Positions 40,849 through 51,323 of a DNA stretch of 64,000 bases are shown here, piece by piece; positions within the stretch are counted from its first letter, which is position 1; the number at the start of each line of letters is the position of its first letter. Under the pieces are notes generated by a model that was not told the DNA's origin, did not search any database, and was given only the letters and a program-made list of their open reading frames with translations. The translations under genes were made by a program, and so were the position numbers. Origin of the DNA: an uncultured Verrucomicrobiota bacterium (lineage in GTDB: Bacteria; Verrucomicrobiota; Verrucomicrobiia; Opitutales; UBA9783). The stretch is taken from the NCBI GenBank assembly GCA_902495005.1, contig CABUVL010000001.1, forward strand, positions 23,370-87,369, in the 5' to 3' direction.

Positions 40849-42144
40849 ATGAAAAAATTTTACCAGCATTGGGGAGTTTTATGCGCGTTGCTGCTGAGTG
40901 TAATCGTCGTCGCAGGCTTACGACTTTTTAAGCTGGAAACTTTAGCACCAACTCAAAACTTCATTGCCATGTGCGAGTTAACGGGCAAGCTATTCATGAA
41001 CGCGCTCAAAATGTTGGTCGTCCCACTCATCACTTCCTCCTTGATTTGTGGCATCATGGGATTTGGATCTCAAGCAGAATTTAGGCGTTTGGGATGCAAA
41101 ACATTTCTATTTTATTTTCTCACCTGCTTTGCCGCCATCATTATCGGCTTACTGATCGTCAATGGTCTCAAGCCCGGGTGCTTGGATCCCAACTTGGCGG
41201 CAAAAATTTTAGGGCAAGCAAACGTATTCCCCGCGCATTTCATCGATGTGGAAAGTTCAGAAACCTCCCAATTGTCCAATTTTATTCTACGTCTATTTCC
41301 CACCAACATCTTACAAGCGGCAACGGATAACACTCAAATTTTAAGCCTCATCTCGTTGAGCTTAATTTTCGGATTTTTTATCGGACGACTTCCAGAAAAA
41401 TTGAGGGAAGTCCAATGGGCTTTTTGGGAGGGCATACAGCAATTGACCCGGAATATTACGCGCATCGTCATCGCCTTCGCGCCCGTCGGCATATTCGGCC
41501 TAATCACCCCCATCTTACTGCACACGGGCATTGAGCTTGTTAAGCCGCTCGTGTTCTTCGTGGTGACCATCCTAAGCGGCTTCGCAATTTATTATTTTGT
41601 ATTTTTATACCTGCTTTTAAAATTTGTAGGGCGTGTAAAACCTTGGGCCCATTACAGGGCCATGATGCCTGTGACCTTGATGGCATTCTCGACGGCCTCT
41701 TCCGCCGCCGTCTTACCCATTGCCCTGGAACGTGTTGAAAATGCAACTCGCGTTTCGCAAAAGACATCCCGCTTTACGCTCCCCTTAGGCATCACCATCA
41801 ATATGAGTGGAACGGCCTTGTACGAATGTGTGGTGGTGCTGTTTATCGCCCAACTTTATCAAACGACGCAGAGCATCGAATTCGGATTTTTTAACCAATT
41901 AACTGTCGTCTTCATGGCCCTATTGACGTCTGTGGGCGTAGCCGGCATTCCCGCTTCGGGCTTAATTGCCATTACGATGATATTGAGTGCCGTTGGCTTA
42001 CCCATTGAATCCGTCAGCGTCATCTGGGTCGTCGAACGCATATTGGATATGTTTCGAACCGCCGTAAACGTATTTAACGACACGTGTTGTACTGTCATCA
42101 TTGCACGCAGTGAAGGAGAAAAAACAGCTTACCCAATTGATTGA
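40849..42144 (+). CDS. dicarboxylate/amino acid:cation symporter (DAACS/GltP family)
   Basis: 431-aa polytopic protein with family blocks: LKMLVVPLITSSLI, FSTASSAAVLPIALE, GITINMSGTALYE, AGIPASGLIAITMIL, DMFRTAVNVFND. Confidence 0.88.
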   Translation: MKKFYQHWGVLCALLLSVIVVAGLRLFKLETLAPTQNFIAMCELTGKLFMNALKMLVVPLITSSLICGIMGFGSQAEFRRLGCKTFLFYFLTCFAAIIIGLLIVNGLKPGCLDPNLAAKILGQANVFPAHFIDVESSETSQLSNFILRLFPTNILQAATDNTQILSLISLSLIFGFFIGRLPEKLREVQWAFWEGIQQLTRNITRIVIAFAPVGIFGLITPILLHTGIELVKPLVFFVVTILSGFAIYYFVFLYLLLKFVGRVKPWAHYRAMMPVTLMAFSTASSAAVLPIALERVENATRVSQKTSRFTLPLGITINMSGTALYECVVVLFIAQLYQTTQSIEFGFFNQLTVVFMALLTSVGVAGIPASGLIAITMILSAVGLPIESVSVIWVVERILDMFRTAVNVFNDTCCTVIIARSEGEKTAYPID

Positions 42145-43030
42145 TCGGCCCCTCTTATTGGGTCAGATACAAGGATTTTTGGCCCACATCAATTTGAGCA
42201 AAGGGCTCTCAAAAAACACCCTCCAATCGTACGCTTACGATTTAAAGCAATTTGCCGCCTATTTATCGCCGCAAATTAGAAATTTTAAAGAAGTGACGAA
42301 GGAACTCATCCATCAATGGATAGAGACTTTGATCCCTCTACGGGCAAGTTCGCGCGCCCGGAAAATTACCAGCATCCGCCAATTCTTCACCTACCTCGTT
42401 CAAAATAACACGTGCACCACGAATCCCACTTCGCACCTTACCAACCCATTACTCAAGCGCACCTTACCCCACACTTTGAGTGTGAAAGAAATTGAGGACT
42501 TACAGGCAAGTACCCTTCTATCAACCCCACAAGGACTGCGAGACCGAGCCATGATTTCCGTCATGTACGCTTGCGGCTTGCGTGTGTCGGAACTGTGTAA
42601 CTTAAGCTTGCAAAACCTATTTCTCGAAGAAAACTTTATTAAAATTTACGGGAAGGGAAGCAAAGAGCGGCTCGTCCCCATCGGATCCACCGCCAAAATG
42701 CATCTGCAACAGTACCTTGTACACGGTCGTCCACAACTGCAAAAACCACACACACAGGACGCCGTGTTCCTCAGTCAAAATGGACGCGCCCTTTCTCGAA
42801 AGACATTTTGGTTAAATTTAAAAAAATACGCGGCCCAACTCGGTTACGAGGTCCACCCTCACTTGCTGCGACATTCCTTCGCAACCCACTTGCTCATCAA
42901 TGGCGCCGACTTACGCAGCATTCAAGCCATGCTGGGCCACAGCGATATTTCCACCACACAACTCTATACGCAATTAAATCCAACCCACCTCCAAGAAGCT
43001 TACGAAAAATATCACCTGCGAGCCCAATAA
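42101..43030 (+). CDS. xerD: tyrosine recombinase XerD-like
   Basis: The N-terminal SAM-like domain has LSKNTLQSYAYDLKQF. The catalytic domain has R (GLRVSEL), HLLRHSFATHLL and GHSDISTTQLYTQL (Tyr nucleophile). The annotated start overlaps the upstream gene by 44 nt, so the true start is uncertain. Confidence 0.85.
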   Translation: MHAVKEKKQLTQLIDRPLLLGQIQGFLAHINLSKGLSKNTLQSYAYDLKQFAAYLSPQIRNFKEVTKELIHQWIETLIPLRASSRARKITSIRQFFTYLVQNNTCTTNPTSHLTNPLLKRTLPHTLSVKEIEDLQASTLLSTPQGLRDRAMISVMYACGLRVSELCNLSLQNLFLEENFIKIYGKGSKERLVPIGSTAKMHLQQYLVHGRPQLQKPHTQDAVFLSQNGRALSRKTFWLNLKKYAAQLGYEVHPHLLRHSFATHLLINGADLRSIQAMLGHSDISTTQLYTQLNPTHLQEAYEKYHLRAQ

Positions 43031-43629
43031 GCAACCTTGCCAAGATATTCCACCAAACCCACCTTACAAAAATTATTCCGATCGCTGATGTAAACAGATC
43101 CACGCCTGCTTCATAGCCCCCACATTTCCAAAAACTGAAAACAAATTTGCAAAAGCACTTCAAACGTGCTCGTGGGAGCCTTCAAAAAATGAAATTCTCA
43201 AGCCCTCATCAAGCTCACGAATAAATATCACTCCGCTCCTTACAGCCCTCACTAGCCAATTTTCCAAGCAGGTAAGACAATTCGAGTTTTTTCAAGTTAG
43301 ACAGCATTTATGCTTCACAATATGTGCTCATTAAACGGCACGACCACTTTCACGGAAATTAACCAAGATCATTGTCAAATCCGACAAAGTCAAGATTATG
43401 AGACCAAGTCCATTAAGCTTAAAATACGCAACAATTCTCAACCCATCCCCAACTGCTCATTTTTCACTTCGGCTCACGCTTCTTATACAACACGGGACCT
43501 TCTCATAAAATAGCGATCAAAAGGATTCGTCACTTCCTTGAGGAAGCTTTTTAACATGCTGGCCCAATCATTCCATCATTTTAGCATTTACTTGCCGCCT
43601 CAAAACAGTGTTAATTGACTATGTATTTT

Positions 43630-43984
43630 GCGGTGGCATGTTCGCTTTAGCCTTAACGGGATAAAGAGGAAAGTCCGGACACCACAGGGCAGGATTCCTT
43701 ACGAAAGTAAGGGGCAAGATGGCAAACGTCTTGCACGGCAAGTGTCACAGAAAATAAACCGCCATTTGCGTGGCAAGGGTGAAAAGGAGGTGTAAGAGAC
43801 CACCGCATGGTCAGCAATGGCCGTGGCAGGATAAACCCAATCTGGTGCAAGACCAAGTAGAAAGTTGGACGGCCCGTCTCAAAACTTTGGGTGAGTCGCA
43901 TTCGAAAGAAAGCAATTAACATTGCTAGATAAATGAACATGGCATCGACAACGATGTACAGAATCTGGCTTATACACCGCAAAA
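43630..43984 (+). ncRNA. rnpB: RNase P RNA, bacterial type A
   Basis: Conserved regions read directly: GAGGAAAGTCCGGAC, GGCAAGGGTGAAAAGG, GTAAGAGACCACC, GGATAAACCC, ACAGAATCTGGCTTATA. P1 pairs GCGGTG (43630) with CACCGC (43975-43980). Confidence 0.93.
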
Positions 43985-44001
43985 TACACAACATTTTACC
44001 T

Positions 44002-44658
44002 TTAGAAGAAAGAAGTCTGCAAGCGATCGTTGAAGCTTTTTGCCCCCAATGAGCTGTAAGCAATTAACCAAGAAATCCCCTTGTCTCGATGTTCTGGCAT
44101 GTGAAGGAAATTAGCCAATAAGAGCGTGCTTGCCAAAGCATCGTACAGCGCGCAGTGATAATGACGCCGTTGCGGCGGGCAGTATTTTTCGGCCCACACA
44201 TTTAATTCGCCTTCCAAAGCGTAGCGCAGGATAAGCTGTTCTAACTTACAATCTGTTTTGGCGGGCAGCCAGCGTTTGTACAAGCCGTACGTGTCAAGCC
44301 ACGGGCCCCAAGCCAATTTATCCTCCGACAGGCACAGTGCACTGTTAACGGGCGGAAGAGGGCAGTACCTCGACAAAAGTTGATTTTCAAAAACAGCATT
44401 ATGCGCACAAAACACGCCCCGTTGATGCGCCGTTGTAAAATATTCTAGATCTTCTGTGAATGAAGCGCACGTACTTACATCTTGATTAAAAATGCCGTGA
44501 CATTGTGATTCGTGCAAGAGAATGGGCGCTTGCGGCTTGCACAATCGCGTATGAGTTTCAACAATTTCACACGCACCCGACAAGACAACGCATCCGTACT
44601 CAACAACACCACTCGCCAAGCTCCCCTCAAAATCAATTATGTAAACACAGGGCCTCAT
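44002..44658 (-). CDS. DEDDh 3'-5' exonuclease domain protein (DnaQ-like)
   Basis: Exo I is YIIDFEGS, Exo II is FCAHNAVFENQLL, and Exo III is HCALYDALAS. The track ORF extends to 44694. Confidence 0.75.
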   Translation of the reverse strand: MRPCVYIIDFEGSLASGVVEYGCVVLSGACEIVETHTRLCKPQAPILLHESQCHGIFNQDVSTCASFTEDLEYFTTAHQRGVFCAHNAVFENQLLSRYCPLPPVNSALCLSEDKLAWGPWLDTYGLYKRWLPAKTDCKLEQLILRYALEGELNVWAEKYCPPQRRHYHCALYDALASTLLLANFLHMPEHRDKGISWLIAYSSLGAKSFNDRLQTSFF

Positions 44659-44767
44659 GTCACTCCACTTTACACATCTCTTGGCACTTGACAAGACCCG
44701 GCGTGGACGATTTTAAATTTTACGCTTGCCTTTTCACACGATTCCTATTCTTATTGAGGTAAAACAA

Positions 44768-44959
44768 ATGAAGGAAAATACAAACACAGAAAAAATTTCG
44801 ATCAAAAAGCTCACTTGGCAAGACGTTGAACAGTTGAAAAATTACACGACTGAAACGGGGAAAATACTGCCACGTAGAATCACACGTTTAACGGCTCAAG
44901 AACAACGCCATCTGACGAAGATCGTAAAACAAGCTCGCAACCTTCTCTTGATGCCATAG
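44768..44959 (+). CDS. rpsR: 30S ribosomal protein bS18
   Basis: LKNYTTETGKILPRRITRLTAQEQRHLTKIVKQARNLLLMP is the bS18 core. GAGGT lies 8 nt upstream of ATG 44768. Confidence 0.93.
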   Translation: MKENTNTEKISIKKLTWQDVEQLKNYTTETGKILPRRITRLTAQEQRHLTKIVKQARNLLLMP

Positions 44960-44963
44960 TCTT

Positions 44964-45920
44964 ATGGGAGCACGCATCGGTTGTTCCCCCAAAGACGCTG
45001 TTCAATATTTAAAAAGTGGTGAGCCGGTTGCCCTACCGACTGAAACGGTGTATGGGTTGGCTGCACCTTTATTTAACGAAGAGGCGATTGCTAAAATATA
45101 CCGTCTAAAGCAACGGCCATTCAATAATCCTCTTATCGTTCACGTACTCGGGCAAGCTCAATTGGAAGCGGTTGTCTATGTTAACGCCTCGGCACTTAAA
45201 TTAATTCACCAGTTTTGGCCAGGGCCCCTAACGATTATTTTGCCCAAAAAGCCCTGCGTTTCATCCATCGTAACGGCCCAACAATCGACGGTTGCAGTAC
45301 GCGCACCTCAGGCGCCTTTGTTTCGGGAGGTCATTGAGCTCTTAGGAGAACCTTTAGTCGCCCCCAGCGCCAATAAATTCCAACAAGTAAGTCCCACGTG
45401 CGCCCAACACGTGATGCGCGGTATGGGGGATTGCATCTCGTATATTTTGGACGGCGGCCCCTGTCAATTCGGCTTAGAATCCACAATTCTTTTCTTGGCA
45501 GACGAAGAACATCCCAAATTATTACGGTACGGCCCCATCACCCAAGAAGCGATCGAAGCCGTATTGGGCAAAAAAATCAGCATTTATTCCACACAAGAGC
45601 TCAACGCCATGAACAAAAAGAGCCCCGGCTTGTATAAAAAACATTACAGCCCCCAAACACCTCTGTCGCTCGTTGAACACATCCCACAGGACAAAAGCGC
45701 CAACAGGGGATATATTTACCGTCAAAGGCCCTCCTCTTCACTCAATCAAAACGAATACTATTTGAGCGAAAACGGCGACTTAAGCGAAATGGCACACAAC
45801 GTATTTAAGCTTTTACAAGAACTCGATCAAAAGGCTTACGAAGAAATTTTCATTGAACGTGTCCCCAACATCGGCATCGGCAAGGCGATTAACGAACGTT
45901 TGGAACGTGCCAGCAGTTAA
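44964..45920 (+). CDS. tsaC: L-threonylcarbamoyladenylate synthase, long Sua5/TsaC2 form
   Basis: YrdC domain (VALPTETVYGLAA, KQRPFNNPLIVHV, PGPLTIIL, VAVRAPQ, APSANKF) plus a Sua5 C-terminal domain. Confidence 0.9.
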   Translation: MGARIGCSPKDAVQYLKSGEPVALPTETVYGLAAPLFNEEAIAKIYRLKQRPFNNPLIVHVLGQAQLEAVVYVNASALKLIHQFWPGPLTIILPKKPCVSSIVTAQQSTVAVRAPQAPLFREVIELLGEPLVAPSANKFQQVSPTCAQHVMRGMGDCISYILDGGPCQFGLESTILFLADEEHPKLLRYGPITQEAIEAVLGKKISIYSTQELNAMNKKSPGLYKKHYSPQTPLSLVEHIPQDKSANRGYIYRQRPSSSLNQNEYYLSENGDLSEMAHNVFKLLQELDQKAYEEIFIERVPNIGIGKAINERLERASS

Positions 45921-46236
45921 GACTAAAGCTATCAAGACTTAACCGCACAAGCGTTAAAAAACTCTCCAACGGTCCTATTTGGCCCAGTCCTTCTGGGGTG
46001 TACGCGATTAAGCACACACTCCAGTGCTCAAAATGCCACACGGTACTTTGCAAACGCCCCATTGTACGAGCAATTACGTTTCACATTTAACGGATTACAT
46101 TGATAAATAGTTCAACATCGCACCTCAAGCTTCAAATTACGATCTTACGACTATCTGCCCCAAGAATGCGTTCTGTTTACAAAAATGTTGCCATGCAATG
46201 GAATATTGCCAAAAATACCTTTTGTATTAATTTGAA

Positions 46237-46962
46237 ATGGAAGAACGTTTACAGAAAATATTGGCGAAAGCTTATCACATTTCTCGTCGGCATGCGGAAA
46301 CATGGATTCAGGAGGGAACAATTTCCGTCAACGGCGAAATCGCTCAATTAGGTTGCTCCGCCGATGCAGAACGTGACGTCATTCAAGTGGGCAGCAAGCG
46401 ACTCAACACGCACGCCTTACAAACACAGACGGAAGTGTGGATGATGTACAAGCCCAAAGGGATTATGTGCACCCACGACGATCCATTTTCTCAGCAAACC
46501 CTTCAAGCCATTTTGCCCCAACATTTTAACAAACGCAAGTGGATGTTCGTGGGACGCTTGGACAAGGAAAGTGAAGGGCTTTTACTCCTAACCAACGACG
46601 GTAATTTCGTCAATCGGGTTTCACATCCCTCCGCCAACATCACCAAGACTTACCGTGTGCAAATCGATTTGCCTTTCGATACAGCGCTCATTCCACAGCT
46701 GCAAAAGGGCTTATTGTGTGACGGCGAGAAGCTCTTTTTTAAAGAAATATACCCCGTTAACTCCAGGAAACTGGACATCGTTTTGTCACAGGGGAAAAAA
46801 CGAGAAATCCGTCGCCTGCTGGCGGCCTTCCATTACAACGTACTTCGGCTCAAAAGATGGAAAATTGGCCAACTGACCTTGGACAAAAAGCTGATGCCGG
46901 GACAATGTCGTCGTCTATCTTGCAGAGAAATTAATTTGATTTTTGGAACAAAATCTGAATGA
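46237..46962 (+). CDS. pseudouridine synthase, RsuA/RluB family
   Basis: S4 domain (LQKILAKAYHISRRHAETWIQEGTISVNGE) and the catalytic motif FVGRLDKESEGLLLLTNDG. Confidence 0.88.
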   Translation: MEERLQKILAKAYHISRRHAETWIQEGTISVNGEIAQLGCSADAERDVIQVGSKRLNTHALQTQTEVWMMYKPKGIMCTHDDPFSQQTLQAILPQHFNKRKWMFVGRLDKESEGLLLLTNDGNFVNRVSHPSANITKTYRVQIDLPFDTALIPQLQKGLLCDGEKLFFKEIYPVNSRKLDIVLSQGKKREIRRLLAAFHYNVLRLKRWKIGQLTLDKKLMPGQCRRLSCREINLIFGTKSE

Positions 46963-47321
46963 TTAAGATCATGTATTTAAAACGATTTTTCATATTACTT
47001 CTTTGGCCCATTACTTTTGTATCCGCCGAAATACATGCCTTGCCGAACTGCCCTTCGCCTCAGCCCCATCAATCTATAAGCCGCGTGTTCGAAGGCAGGC
47101 TGGAAAAAACAAACGCATTTTTAGCTTTATTTTCAAAATGGACTTACTCCTTGTACGACAAAGATACACGTATTGCCTACTTAGAGTTCAAGGAAAACGT
47201 GCGAACGCCCAAAATTGCCGATTTATTTATCCATAAAAACATCATTGTTCGCGGGAGCCCCGTTTACATCAATAAAGAACCTTACCTGTTGATCATTGTC
47301 GACGACATGTGCGAAAAATAA
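46959..47321 (+). CDS. hypothetical small secreted protein
   Basis: 120-aa ORF overlapping the upstream stop, with the signal peptide MYLKRFFILLLWPITFVSA/EI. No family recognised. Confidence 0.55.
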   Translation: MIKIMYLKRFFILLLWPITFVSAEIHALPNCPSPQPHQSISRVFEGRLEKTNAFLALFSKWTYSLYDKDTRIAYLEFKENVRTPKIADLFIHKNIIVRGSPVYINKEPYLLIIVDDMCEK

Positions 47322-47327
47322 CTCAAC

Positions 47328-48203
47328 ATGAATGCTTACAAACTACTCGAAGGACGCGCGGTCGCCGATAAAATTTTACAGGAGGTACAAGCACAAGTGC
47401 AAAAAATACGCACGCGGCCTCCTCACGTGACTTTTTTACGCGTGGGCAACGATGGCGCGTCTATTTCGTACGTCGCACAGAAAGAAAAAACGGCTCAACG
47501 TGTGGGCATTACAAGCGACTTGAAAGTCTTTGATCCCCAAACAACGACCGAAGAACAATTAATTCGAGAGATCAAAGCGCTCAACGAAGATCCCAAGGTC
47601 GACGGCATTCTCGTTCAAGCCCCCTTGCCTTCCCACATGGATTTTGTAAAAGTCTGCAATACGATCCATCCTTGCAAGGATGTGGACGGCTTCAGTGCAG
47701 AAAATTTAGGTCGACTGCTCCAAGAAAAGGAGGGCCTTATGCCATGCACCCCCGCCGGGATTATCGAAATGCTCAAATTTTATGAGCTGTCCCCGGCCGG
47801 CAAACACGTGGTGCTCGTCAATCGCAGCCTCATTGTGGGAAAGCCCCTGGCCATGCTCCTGGCGCGACACAACGACTGGGGCAATGCCACCGTAACCATC
47901 TGCCACTCGCACTCTGCAAGGCTCTCCGAGTTAACACGCCAGGCCGATATCCTCATTACCGCTTGCGGGAAACCCAATTACTTTGACGCACATTTCGTCA
48001 AAGAAAATGCCATCGTAATCGACGTCGGCATTACACGCGTGCCCACAAACAACGCCAAGGGCTACACGCTCACAGGGGACGTCAACTTCGCTTCTGTGGC
48101 CCCGGTGGTTCAAGCGATTACCCCCGTCCCCGGCGGAGTAGGCCCATTGACCGTCGCTCGCCTAATGCACAACACCTTAAAGGCATTTACGCTTCTCCAC
48201 TAA
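47328..48203 (+). CDS. folD: bifunctional methylenetetrahydrofolate dehydrogenase/cyclohydrolase FolD
   Basis: DGILVQAPLP, KDVDGF, MPCTPAGI, VVLVNRSLIVGKPLAMLL and PVPGGVGPLTVARLM motifs. Confidence 0.95.
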   Translation: MNAYKLLEGRAVADKILQEVQAQVQKIRTRPPHVTFLRVGNDGASISYVAQKEKTAQRVGITSDLKVFDPQTTTEEQLIREIKALNEDPKVDGILVQAPLPSHMDFVKVCNTIHPCKDVDGFSAENLGRLLQEKEGLMPCTPAGIIEMLKFYELSPAGKHVVLVNRSLIVGKPLAMLLARHNDWGNATVTICHSHSARLSELTRQADILITACGKPNYFDAHFVKENAIVIDVGITRVPTNNAKGYTLTGDVNFASVAPVVQAITPVPGGVGPLTVARLMHNTLKAFTLLH

Positions 48204-48207
48204 GCCC

Positions 48208-48825
48208 ATGAACACGTTACTTACAATTTTACTACCGCCCGCCAAAATTACCCATCGGATACTGGCGACACTGTGCGATCTCACACTCATCTTTTTCTTA
48301 TGCGTATTCATTGTAGGCAAAGTTTGGCTCCCACTGTACCAAACAAACGCATTACTTCAATTTCGGCTTCTCATTGAAACTTATTCCAGTCAAATACAGT
48401 CGGGCAATTTCTTGGAATTCATTCAAGAGATAACCAACAATCCCTCTCTCGTTGAGCTCTTTACGAATGTAGACCGCATCTTATTTTTAACCACGTGGAT
48501 GTATTACCTCATCAATGCAATTTGCTTTAAAGGCGGCAGCCTCGGCAAACAAATCTTCAGCCTACGCGTACTAAAATTTTCATCATTGAGGCCCCCCAAC
48601 TTCATGGATTACATCTTTCGTTCTGGCATTCAAACATTTTTGATGTTTACGATGTGGCCATTTTTAATGTGTTTTAACTTGTGCTGTGTGTGCATTTCAC
48701 CCCTCCGCCGAGGAATCCACGATTGGTTTTGCCAAACTTACGTCGTGCATTTCGGGACGATGGAACAAATTCAGCAAAAAATTAGCGCGCAGGCGTCGTC
48801 CAATGACAAAATGTGCGAATCATAA
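48208..48825 (+). CDS. RDD family membrane protein
   Basis: Arg, TM, then a distal RRGIHDWFCQTYVV motif, in a three-TM layout typical of RDD proteins. Confidence 0.7.
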   Translation: MNTLLTILLPPAKITHRILATLCDLTLIFFLCVFIVGKVWLPLYQTNALLQFRLLIETYSSQIQSGNFLEFIQEITNNPSLVELFTNVDRILFLTTWMYYLINAICFKGGSLGKQIFSLRVLKFSSLRPPNFMDYIFRSGIQTFLMFTMWPFLMCFNLCCVCISPLRRGIHDWFCQTYVVHFGTMEQIQQKISAQASSNDKMCES

Positions 48826-48895
48826 TAAAAATATTTTCACAGATAATAAGCTTTACTTTTGAGACAAAAAACAATCTTCTAATAGAGATCAAATT

Positions 48896-48997
48896 ATGGG
48901 AAACTTAAAGAAAAAACGGGTTTTAAAAATGAATAAACACAAGCGTCGCAAGCGGTCCAAATCCATTAGGCACCGGAAGCGGACGTGGTCCTTATAA
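48896..48997 (+). CDS. 33-aa highly basic protein (AURKAIP1/COX24-like small protein)
   Basis: Not in the ORF track because it is under 60 aa. ATG 48896 to TAA 48997 encodes [33 protein letters not shown]. This matches my memory of the conserved bacterial MGxxKKxRxxKMxKHKxRK.. mini-protein family. Confidence 0.55.
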   Translation: MGNLKKKRVLKMNKHKRRKRSKSIRHRKRTWSL

Positions 48998-49074
48998 GTT
49001 TTAACGTGAACAATAGAACACATAAATATCCCCAAGCATCTTTTATTTCAAAAGATACCTTGTATGTGGGAGTT

Positions 49075-49725
49075 ATGTTTGTTTTCTTGCTCATACAACT
49101 GGGGGTATTGGTTTATTTCTGTCACCATTACCCCGTTAAAGAATGTCTTATTTCGACATTCAAAATTTGTAGGGATTACTTAGCGACACACGCTTTTTGG
49201 ATGTTGTGTGCGGTTGTTTTTTTACCCACATTTGGAGTGCCGATTACTCCATTTTTCATCTTGGCGGGCAGCGCATGGGGGATGCATGGAGGATTATTGT
49301 TTTGCCTCATAGGCATTGGATTAAATTTAGTCGTATCCTACTTTTTTTACCGGCACTGCTTAAACAAATTTTTATTCAGATTTCTCTTCAAGCGCTTTAA
49401 TACCCAGAAGGAAAATGCGGTTCAATCTTACCGATTTACAAAAAGTTTAAAATGGGCCATCCTTGTTCAAATGATTCCAACCCTGCCGTACGCCGTGCAA
49501 AATTATATTTTAGCGAGCCTTACTTGCGTTCATTTTTCTCACTACTTGGGCATCTCATGGCTGTGTCAATTCATCTGGGCATGTGGCTTCGTCTGCGGTG
49601 GCAATGAATGGGGCCAAGGTCACGTGGGAGTCAAAGCTATTTTTCTGCTCGCCTGCCTCACGTGGATCACACATCGCGCCTACAAGCACTTGAAATCGCA
49701 AAATCATGCTAAGACCGTTCATTAA
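49075..49725 (+). CDS. TVP38/TMEM64 (DedA/SNARE-associated-like) membrane protein
   Basis: Polytopic protein with VFLPTFGVPITPFFILAGSAWG and the YFFYR pattern. The track ORF begins at 48985; Met 49075 precedes the first TM. Confidence 0.7.
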   Translation: MFVFLLIQLGVLVYFCHHYPVKECLISTFKICRDYLATHAFWMLCAVVFLPTFGVPITPFFILAGSAWGMHGGLLFCLIGIGLNLVVSYFFYRHCLNKFLFRFLFKRFNTQKENAVQSYRFTKSLKWAILVQMIPTLPYAVQNYILASLTCVHFSHYLGISWLCQFIWACGFVCGGNEWGQGHVGVKAIFLLACLTWITHRAYKHLKSQNHAKTVH

Positions 49726-51049
49726 AGATGTCCTCGCGGTTCATGAATTATCTCAATGCATTAAGCAATTACTCAGGGACGCGTTTCCATTTGTGGCGGT
49801 ATGCGGAGAGGTTTCAAATTTAAAAACCTCTAATGGCATTACTTACTTTACCCTAAAGGACGAGTACAGCCAAATCCCGGTCGTGTGCTTTCAATCGGAT
49901 ACGGCCCGATTTACCGTCGACTTAAGGGCGGGTAAAGCAATTATCGTCGAGGGAAAAATTGACGTTTACACGAAGACCGGCCGTTATCAACTGGTGGCCA
50001 AGCAGGTGCGAGCGGTAGGATACGGATATTGGCAACAACGTCTGGAACAATTAAAACAAAAATTGGCCGCAGAAGGCCTCTTCGACAGTGAACGTAAAAA
50101 GCCTTTGCCAATCCTTCCCAAGCACATAGCCGTCATTACATCGCGCGAAGGTGCCGCATTAAAAGATTTTTTAAGCATTCTTAAACGAAAAAATTGGGCC
50201 GGTCACGTCACCCTTTTTCACAGTTTGGTACAGGGAGAAAAAGCGTCTGCTTCCATTATCAAAGCCCTCAAGCAAGCCAATAAAAATCCCTCCATTGATC
50301 TCATCGTTCTGATTCGGGGCGGAGGCAGTTTGGAAGATTTGTGGTGCTTTAACGAGGAAACACTGGTGCGCGCCTTAGCTCAGAGCAAGAAGGCGACGAT
50401 TACCGGCATTGGTCATGAAATTGATTATACGTTGTGCGATTTTGCTTCCGATTGCCGCGTTGAAACCCCCACTGCAGCGGCCGAAAAGATTGCGAACGAA
50501 TACCTCTCCTACCTCCAACAAATAAGAAATTTATCGGGACGCCTTAACACCTACACTCGCGTCCAATTGGCAAACTTCAAGCAACGCACGAGCACCTTGT
50601 CCCAGCGGTTAACGAGTTACTCAGCCCGCAACAAAATTCAAAACTTACGGCATCAGCTGCGGCATTTACAAGAACAATTATTGCAATTGTATCGCAAGAA
50701 ATTGTACGCCCATCAGTACAATTTTGCCATTTACTCCACCCGATTCAACTGTCTGTCCGTACGTTCCCACGTGCAAGCCGTTCACAAACAGTGGCAAGAT
50801 TTATCTAAAAATTTAAATAAATTCTTTAAAAAGCAATTGGCTTCATCGCATCAACACGTCGAGGCACTGCAAACGAGACTTCACAATGTCAGTCTCGAAT
50901 CGCAGTTAAACAAAGGCTTTATAGTTCCATTGGACATCAATACATTACAGCCAAAAGACATCAAACATTTTACGTCGGACACCCTCGTACCGATCCGTCA
51001 CAAGTCTGGTAATTATTTCGTGCAAATTAAATCGCCCATCCAATCATAA
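49706..51049 (+). CDS. xseA: exodeoxyribonuclease VII large subunit
   Basis: OB-fold N-terminus (VCGEVSNLKTSNGITYFTLKDE), the catalytic core (IAVITSREGAALKDF, IRGGGSLEDLWCFNEE, TGIGHEIDYTLCDFASD), and a coiled-coil tail. Confidence 0.92.
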   Translation: MLRPFIKDVLAVHELSQCIKQLLRDAFPFVAVCGEVSNLKTSNGITYFTLKDEYSQIPVVCFQSDTARFTVDLRAGKAIIVEGKIDVYTKTGRYQLVAKQVRAVGYGYWQQRLEQLKQKLAAEGLFDSERKKPLPILPKHIAVITSREGAALKDFLSILKRKNWAGHVTLFHSLVQGEKASASIIKALKQANKNPSIDLIVLIRGGGSLEDLWCFNEETLVRALAQSKKATITGIGHEIDYTLCDFASDCRVETPTAAAEKIANEYLSYLQQIRNLSGRLNTYTRVQLANFKQRTSTLSQRLTSYSARNKIQNLRHQLRHLQEQLLQLYRKKLYAHQYNFAIYSTRFNCLSVRSHVQAVHKQWQDLSKNLNKFFKKQLASSHQHVEALQTRLHNVSLESQLNKGFIVPLDINTLQPKDIKHFTSDTLVPIRHKSGNYFVQIKSPIQS

Positions 51050-51323
51050 ATACGCAAGACTTCCCGTGTTCCTCATCAGTCACACGAACTCAGATGCCAC
51101 AGGATCGTAGCACCCCTAGCTGCGATTGTCCGCAAGCTTGACCCGACTGCTTAGTACCTAAAACCAGGCGCTATGGGCATTGTTTTTTCCCAATCCGCCG
51201 GACGTCCCCAAGGAATCTTGGAATCATCCAACGAGGCCGTTGTTTCCACTGTTTGCGAGCACCCGCTTAAGCACGTTACAATACTCAACAGGCAGAACAA
51301 CGCTGTGTACCGAATTTGTTTTT

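Noticed and set aside
43653-44063. 136-aa minus-strand ORF.
   Set aside because: It overlaps almost completely with RNase P RNA, whose conserved regions are unmistakable on the plus strand.
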